From: Acidimicrobiales bacterium
GTDB lineage: Bacteria > Actinomycetota > Acidimicrobiia > Acidimicrobiales > SKKL01
DNA length: 59,132 bases
Direction of reading: 5' to 3'
Assembly (NCBI GenBank): GCA_046543225.1
Contig: JBKGZW010000001.1
Location: 1 to 59,132 of the forward strand
Below the pieces are notes generated by a model, which did no database searches, was not told the origin of the DNA, and was given only the letters and a program-made list of their open reading frames with translations. The position numbers were made by a program, and so were the translations under genes. Below are positions 54,546 through 59,132 of the stretch, in pieces (position 1 is the first letter of the stretch; each line of letters opens with the position of its first letter).

Positions 54546-54841
54546 CACGTCGGCGGATACCACTCGTCGTAGGCGCGCAGCACCCACGGGTCCTTCTGCT
54601 GGGCCATGGGGCTGAGGGCGTCGGTGGCCAGGGAGTCGAGCTTGGGCAGGCTCCCCCCGCCGCCGGAGAACGTGGAATCGGGGAACGAGGTGGAGCCGAA
54701 CCCCTCGACCTCGGACTCCTCGGTCTTGGCGAGCAGCGCGTACAGCAGCGAGCGCTCGCGCTCGGGCAGCGATCCGCCCCACTCGTCGAGCTTGCGGGCG
54801 AAGGCCTCGACCTCCTCCTGGGTGAACTGATCGTCGGACAT
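54545..54841 (-). CDS. Small acidic Cys-free protein A (98 aa), candidate precursor or partner of the radical SAM enzyme
   Basis: Internal ATG 54841 of ORF 54545..55003 is preceded by GAGAGGAG. The sequence is MSDDQFTQEEVEAFARKLDEWGGSLPERERSLLYALLAKTEESEVEGFGSTSFPDSTFSGGGGSLPKLDSLATDALSPMAQQKDPWVLRAYDEWYPPT. Confidence 0.65.
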   Translation of the reverse strand: MSDDQFTQEEVEAFARKLDEWGGSLPERERSLLYALLAKTEESEVEGFGSTSFPDSTFSGGGGSLPKLDSLATDALSPMAQQKDPWVLRAYDEWYPPT

Positions 54842-54926
54842 CACCACTCCTCTCGTCGCACGCTCTCTCTGAGCGTCCCGAGCCGCACGACGGTACGCCG
54901 GTGGATCGGTTACAGCCGGGGGAGGC

Positions 54927-55544
54927 TCAGGCTGCCGGGACCGATGCCTCGAGGAGCCACGTGTGGCCCCAGACCCGTCGCCCGGTGACCGTGGCCCCGG
55001 CATCGACCACCCATCGCTCGGCCTCGTCGGGGTGCACCTGGTGGTCGTGGAACGCGCCGAGGATCCCGTGCACGCCCCGCCACTCGGGCACCACGTCGAT
55101 GCCGTGCCCCGACACCAGCAGCGTGGCGCCGGGTCTGGTGAGCGCCGCCATGGAGGCGACGGCGGTGGCTGGGTCGTCGACGTCGTCGATCATCAGCGAG
55201 GCGACGACCAGGTCGAACGACCCCGCCCGCAGGGGCGGGGCCAGGACGTCTCCGAGCATCGGAGCGATCCGACACGGGCCGATCGAGGGAGGACCGGCAC
55301 GGTGGAACGACTCGGCCACGGCCTCGACGTCGAACGGGACGACCAGCTCGGTGGAGCCGGGCAGGGCGCCCGTCGCCAGGCAGCCACCGACGAAGGTGGC
55401 GCGGCGGTCGCAGCCCTCGCCCACGCTGAGGACCGTGCGCGGGGCGATGCGTGCGAGGACCCCGGCCATCTCCCGCCGGAGCGCTTCAATGTCGTCGTCC
55501 TGGCCGGCGCGGATGGCGCGCACCTGCTCGGCGGTGAGGGTCAC
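54927..55544 (-). CDS. Class I SAM-methyltransferase-fold protein (degenerate glycine loop)
   Basis: This is the last 205 codons of ORF 54927..56729. GTG 55544 makes a GTGA overlap with the helicase stop. VLSVGEGCD takes the motif I position. ELVVPFDVE carries the acidic residue of motif II. FDLVVASLMIDDVDDPATAVASMAALTRPGATLLVS is Methyltransf_11-like. Confidence 0.55.
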   Translation of the reverse strand: MTLTAEQVRAIRAGQDDDIEALRREMAGVLARIAPRTVLSVGEGCDRRATFVGGCLATGALPGSTELVVPFDVEAVAESFHRAGPPSIGPCRIAPMLGDVLAPPLRAGSFDLVVASLMIDDVDDPATAVASMAALTRPGATLLVSGHGIDVVPEWRGVHGILGAFHDHQVHPDEAERWVVDAGATVTGRRVWGHTWLLEASVPAA

Positions 55545-57814
55545 CCGTCCAGCATCGCGCGGAGCAGGGCGACCGCCCCGGCCTTGTCGAGGGGGTCGTT
55601 GCCGTTGCCGCACTTGGGCGACTGCACGCACGACGGGCAGCCCTCGGCGCAGTCGCAGCGCTCGAGCAGCTCGAGGGTGGCGCCGAGGTGACGGTCGGCC
55701 GCCGCGTAGCCGAGCTCGGCGATGCCGGTGCCGCCGGGGTAGGCGTCGTGGACGACGATGGTGGGCAGCCCCGTGTCGGCCTGCAGCGCCGTCGACACGC
55801 CGCCGACGTCCCAGCGGTCGCAGATGGTGAACAGCGGCAGCAGCGAGATCGCCGCGTGCTCGATGGCGTGGAGCGTGCCCGGTACCGCGGCGGGTGGCAC
55901 CCCGGCAGCGGCCAGCAGCGACGGCGGGACCGTGTACCAGAACCCCCGGGTGTCGAGCACCGTGGCCGGCAGGTCGAGCTCTTCGGTGCCGAGCACCTCG
56001 CGGGTGCGCACGTCCTTGCGCTGGTAGCCGACCACCTGCGAGTGGATCCGGACCCGCCCCACCGACAGCTCGGCGGCACCGACCCGGCGGCTGTGGTCGG
56101 CGTCGACGATCTCCACCGCGGTCTCGGTCCGGGCCTGGGTGTAGGTGTCGCCGGGGTCGGGCTCGACGATGGCGGTCAGGTCGTCGAGGTCGAGCTCGAC
56201 GACGCGCCAGGTGCGCCCCTGGTGGAGATAGATCGCCCCCGGGTGCACCACCGAGTGCGAGCGCGACTCGTCGACGGTGCCGACCGACCGCCCGTCGACG
56301 GTGGCGATCGTGACCTCCCGCGCCGACCCCGAGCGCAGACCGACCCCGCGCGACGGCCAGCCACGACCCGCCCACACCGCCCGCGGCCCTCCGCTGCGGG
56401 CTCGACGGATCCGGAGACGGTCGGCCAGCACCAGGTCTCGCACCCCGTCGTCGAGCAGCTCGCCCCAGAAGCGGGCGTCGTCGTGGGTGAGGGGCCGCTC
56501 GTAGGCGGCGCAGGCCAGGTGCGGGGCCAGGACCTCGGGGTTGGACGGGTTGATCACCGCCGGCTCGGGCGGCCGGCAGAACAGATCGAGGGGGTGGGTC
56601 ATGAACCAGCGGTCGAGCTGGTCGTCGCCGGCCACCAGCACCGCCACCGACTCCTGGTGCTCGCGTCCGGCCCGGCCGACCTGTTGCCACAGCGAGGCGA
56701 TGGTGCCCGGATAGCCGTCGATCACGCACGCGTCGAGGCCCCCGATGTCGACCCCGAGCTCGAGCGCGGTCGTGGCCACCACGCCCCGGAGCTCACCGCT
56801 GAACAACGATCGCTCGATGTCGCGGCGCTCGCCGGGGAGATAGCCCCCGCGGTAGGAGCGCACCGAGTCGGCGAGGTCGGTGTCGAGGCGGTCGCGGACG
56901 TCGGCGGCCAGCAGCTCGGTGCCGGTGCGGCTGCGGCTGAACGCCAGGGTGCGGTGCCCGCGCCGGATCAGTTCGGACATCACCGACGCCGACTCGGCGT
57001 GGCCCGATGAGCGGACTCCTGTCACCGGGTCGAGCACCGGCGGGTCGAGCAGCGCCACCGTGCGTGGGCCCTTGGGGGAGCCGTCGTCGCAGATCTCGTC
57101 GACCTCGAGCCCGCACAGCTCGCCGGCCAGGGCGCCGGGTCGGCCGATGGTGGCCGAACAGAAGATGAACGTCGGCGAGGACCCGTAGTGCTCGCACAGG
57201 CGACGCAGGCGTCGAAGCAGGTGGGCCACGTGGGTGCCGAAGACGCCTCTGAGCAGGTGCAGCTCGTCGATCACCACGTAGCGCAGACGGTGCAGGTAGG
57301 TGGCCCAGCGTCCGTGGTGGGGCAGGATGCCGGCGTGGAGCATCTCGGGGTTGGTGAGCACCACGTTGGCGTTGCGTCGGGCCCAGGTGCGGGCCGCGGC
57401 TGAGGTGTCGCCGTCGTAGGTGACCGCCACCAGATCCCTCACCTCCAGCTCGGTCAGCGCCCGCAGCTGGTCCTGGGCGAGGGCCTTGGTGGGAAAGACC
57501 GCCAGGGCGCTCGCCGGTGTCGCCCCGTCGGCGATGGCCTCGACGATGGGCAGCTGATAGCACAGCGACTTGCCCGACGCGGTGCCGGTGGCGACCGCGA
57601 CCGAGCGACCCGCCCGGAGGCGGTCGATGGCGGCGGCCTGGTGCGTCCACAGGCCGCTGGGCGGCGTCCGGGACGCGGCGACGGGCCCGAGCGGGTCGGC
57701 CAGCGCGGCGAACCGGGCTGGTCGGGCCGGCAGGCGCTCGACGTGGACGAGTCGGCCATCGGCGGCGAGTTCGGCGAGCAGGGTGTCGAGCGAGCCCGCG
57801 TCGGTGAGGGTCAT
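55541..57814 (-). CDS. DEAD/DEAH-box helicase with C-terminal DUF1998 (MZB) Zn module (YprA/MrfA, helicase/secretion-neighbourhood type)
   Basis: 757 aa. ATGTASGKSLCYQLP is motif I. VVIDELH is motif II. SATIG is motif III. The C-terminal four-Cys module is CDCAEGCPSCVQSPKCGNGNDPLDK. Confidence 0.92.
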   Translation of the reverse strand: MTLTDAGSLDTLLAELAADGRLVHVERLPARPARFAALADPLGPVAASRTPPSGLWTHQAAAIDRLRAGRSVAVATGTASGKSLCYQLPIVEAIADGATPASALAVFPTKALAQDQLRALTELEVRDLVAVTYDGDTSAAARTWARRNANVVLTNPEMLHAGILPHHGRWATYLHRLRYVVIDELHLLRGVFGTHVAHLLRRLRRLCEHYGSSPTFIFCSATIGRPGALAGELCGLEVDEICDDGSPKGPRTVALLDPPVLDPVTGVRSSGHAESASVMSELIRRGHRTLAFSRSRTGTELLAADVRDRLDTDLADSVRSYRGGYLPGERRDIERSLFSGELRGVVATTALELGVDIGGLDACVIDGYPGTIASLWQQVGRAGREHQESVAVLVAGDDQLDRWFMTHPLDLFCRPPEPAVINPSNPEVLAPHLACAAYERPLTHDDARFWGELLDDGVRDLVLADRLRIRRARSGGPRAVWAGRGWPSRGVGLRSGSAREVTIATVDGRSVGTVDESRSHSVVHPGAIYLHQGRTWRVVELDLDDLTAIVEPDPGDTYTQARTETAVEIVDADHSRRVGAAELSVGRVRIHSQVVGYQRKDVRTREVLGTEELDLPATVLDTRGFWYTVPPSLLAAAGVPPAAVPGTLHAIEHAAISLLPLFTICDRWDVGGVSTALQADTGLPTIVVHDAYPGGTGIAELGYAAADRHLGATLELLERCDCAEGCPSCVQSPKCGNGNDPLDKAGAVALLRAMLDG

Positions 57815-57973
57815 GGCAGCTCCCTTGGGCCACGCAGTCTAGGGGTGGTGAGGCCCAGATGACAGGGCTGTGATTTGCCACCGTGGGGCGCTCGACGGTG
57901 GAGTTGAGCCGAATCCGTGCGATCCTTGTCACCGCAACGGTTCGCAACGTTTCCCGCCAGGAGGTGACCCACG

Positions 57974-58306
57974 GTGCTGGTGCTCGATGTCGAGGAGCGG
58001 CCGCTCGGGCGCGTCCTGATCGTGTCCGGCGACCTCGACGTGGCCACCGCACCGCAGGTGCGCAGCGAGGTGGTCAGGTTGCTCGGCGGCGGCAGCTCCG
58101 ACCTGGCGATCGACCTGACCCGGGTCGACTTCATCGATTCGTTCGGCCTGGGGGTGCTCGTCGGGGCCCTCAAGCGGGTGCGGGGAGCGGGGGGCCACCT
58201 GGGGCTGGTGATCACCGAGCCCCGGGTCCGCAAGGTCTTCGAGGTGACCGGCCTCGACCGGGTCTTCGACCTGACCGAGACCGTCGACGCCGCACTGGAG
58301 CGCTGA
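57974..58306 (+). CDS. STAS-domain anti-sigma factor antagonist (RsbV/SpoIIAA-like)
   Basis: 110 aa with a GTG start. LIVSGDLDVATAPQVR...IDLTRVDFIDSFGLGVLVGALKR has the phosphorylatable Ser in the DSFG context. Confidence 0.85.
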   Translation: MLVLDVEERPLGRVLIVSGDLDVATAPQVRSEVVRLLGGGSSDLAIDLTRVDFIDSFGLGVLVGALKRVRGAGGHLGLVITEPRVRKVFEVTGLDRVFDLTETVDAALER

Positions 58307-58313
58307 GGCGGCC

Positions 58314-58760
58314 ATGAGCGAGATCGTCGAGCTGGAGATCCCCGCCAGGCCGGACTTCATCTCGCTCGCCCGCCTCGTCATCACCGGCGCCGCCACCATC
58401 GAGCCGACCTTCTCCGACGACCGCATCGAAGACCTGCGCCTGGCCGTGTCCGAGGCGTGCACCAACGCGATCGAGGCCCACGCCAGCGCCGGCCAGGACG
58501 ACCGGATCGTCATCCACTGCGACCTGGCCGAGGACCGCATCGAGGTCGAGGTGACCGACCGTGGAGGCGGGTTCGACCCCGACGAGGCCTCCTCGGCCCC
58601 CGACCCCGAACATCCCGAGCGGCTGCTGCACGAGAGCGGGCTGGGGATCCCCCTCATGAAGATCCTCGTCGACGAGACCAAGTTCGAGCTCACCCCCAGC
58701 GGCACCGTGGTCCGTCTCGTCGTCGCCCGTCCACCCCGGCCCGGCTCCGACGAGGGGTGA
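58314..58760 (+). CDS. Anti-sigma factor / Ser kinase (RsbW/SpoIIAB-like, HATPase_c)
   Basis: 148 aa. LAVSEACTNAIEH is the N-box, DRGGGFD is G1, and GLGIPLM is G2. Confidence 0.85.
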   Translation: MSEIVELEIPARPDFISLARLVITGAATIEPTFSDDRIEDLRLAVSEACTNAIEAHASAGQDDRIVIHCDLAEDRIEVEVTDRGGGFDPDEASSAPDPEHPERLLHESGLGIPLMKILVDETKFELTPSGTVVRLVVARPPRPGSDEG

Positions 58761-59026
58761 TGATCCGCTGGTGGTTCCAGAACCGCAACACCGGCGAGCT
58801 CACGATCGCGCAACCGCCGAACCCGCCCATGATCGTGTTCGTGGTCGCCTGGGTGCTGCGGTGGCTGCTCTCGCCGGCCGGGACGGCGGGACGCACCCTC
58901 GGCCTCGTCGCCGGTGCCGCGATCCTCTGGTGGGGCGTCGACGAGGTCCTCCGCGGGGTCAACCCGTGGCGCCGCGTGCTGGGTCTGATCGTGCTCTCGG
59001 TGCTCGGCTGGCGGCTGGTCCGGTGA
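58760..59026 (+). CDS. Small membrane protein (hypothetical, about 88 aa)
   Basis: ATG 58760 (or GTG 58757) overlaps the rsbW-like stop. MIRWWFQNRNTGELTIAQPPNPPMIVFVVAWVLRWLL...AAILWWGVDEVLRGVNPWRRVLGLIVLSVLGWRLV has 3 TM-like segments. Confidence 0.5.
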   Translation: MIRWWFQNRNTGELTIAQPPNPPMIVFVVAWVLRWLLSPAGTAGRTLGLVAGAAILWWGVDEVLRGVNPWRRVLGLIVLSVLGWRLVR

Positions 59027-59072
59027 CCGCCGTTGTTGACAGGGCCCCGGCCCGGGCCCTTACCTGTCGGTT

Positions 59073-59132
59073 GTGAGCAAGCCCCTCGTCATCGTCGAGT
59101 CGCCCGCCAAGGCGCGCACCATCGGAGAGATC
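59073..59132 (+). CDS. topA: DNA topoisomerase I, N-terminal fragment (continues beyond right edge)
   Basis: My translation from GTG 59073 is VSKPLVIVESPAKARTIGEI, the canonical Toprim N-terminus of bacterial TopA. Confidence 0.8.
   Translation, partial: MSKPLVIVESPAKARTIGEI

Noticed and set aside
55545-56729. Upstream 395 codons of ORF 54927..56729 (-)
   Set aside because: They are out of frame within the helicase gene and the translation is Arg/Pro/Gly-rich. Only the last 205 codons, after the helicase stop, show a methyltransferase-like fold.
57815-57973. Search for an SOS box, a RecA-independent damage promoter (TTGTCR...TAnnnT) or a SigF-type promoter between the helicase and STAS genes
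   Set aside because: There is no GAAC-N4-GTTC. TTGTCACC is present, but no TAnnnT follows at the right spacing. The GCAACGGTT/GCAACGTTT direct repeat and a TAGACT hexamer on the helicase strand were noted, but they are too weak to call.

Overview
This is a GC-rich actinobacterial chromosomal segment (GC3-saturated codons), densely packed with about 65 CDS. Many genes are joined by 4-nt ATGA, GTGA or CTGA start/stop overlaps. I found no rRNA, tRNA, CRISPR array, transposase or integrase. From memory, gene order resembles the mycobacterial Rv3646c-Rv3661 and Rv3679-Rv3681c regions.

Modules from left to right:
- **1-6.3 kb:** partial ArsA/Get3-like ATPase, NfeD protease, WhiB, FxsA, NUDIX, a degenerate MBL-fold protein and TypA/BipA.
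- **6.3-10.6 kb:** an Fe-S trafficking neighbourhood with Mrp/ApbC, an ArsR/SufR-like regulator, an IscA/ErpA-type protein, a fused 2Fe-2S/XDH-like protein and RidA.
- **10.8-15.9 kb:** cspA, then a nitrogen cluster with a GlnR-like regulator and three glutamine synthetases (GlnA2-like GSI, GSII, and an adenylylatable GSI). glnE and nadE lie further right at 35.6-40 kb.
- **16-21.6 kb:** an Fbp/Pot-type ABC importer, a CobO-like adenosyltransferase, a NUDIX protein and an NYN-like protein.
- **21.7-30.3 kb:** two GGDEF cyclases, a ThDP enzyme, and an operon of alcohol dehydrogenase plus an ABC-2 exporter.
- **30.4-34.3 kb:** ectABCD with a divergent EctR-like MarR regulator.
- **34.3-48.1 kb:** an SLH-GerMN secreted protein, an APH/AAA kinase, a tricistronic ferritin-like operon of unknown function, a DUF4214-VanW protein, an ABM protein, a sigma-70 factor and a HAD-IB hydrolase.
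- **48.2-57.8 kb:** the actinobacterial 'helicase/secretion neighbourhood', with Tad-like genes (CpaE-like, TadA, TadB, TadC, Flp, TadE) and a DUF1998 helicase.
- **58-59.1 kb:** a STAS/RsbW partner-switching pair and the start of topA.

The best candidate for an undescribed system lies between the Tad genes and the helicase, at about 53.16-54.84 kb and possibly out to 55.54 kb. A radical SAM/SPASM enzyme with no fused recognition domain is translationally coupled to two paralogous, cysteine-free, strongly acidic small proteins. A methyltransferase-fold gene coupled to the helicase lies next to it. Secondary leads are a LexA-type SOS box on a leaderless alkB-like gene, a four-site GlnR-type box between two GS genes, the ferritin-like/DUF455 operon, and a Cys-tailed EctR-like regulator.
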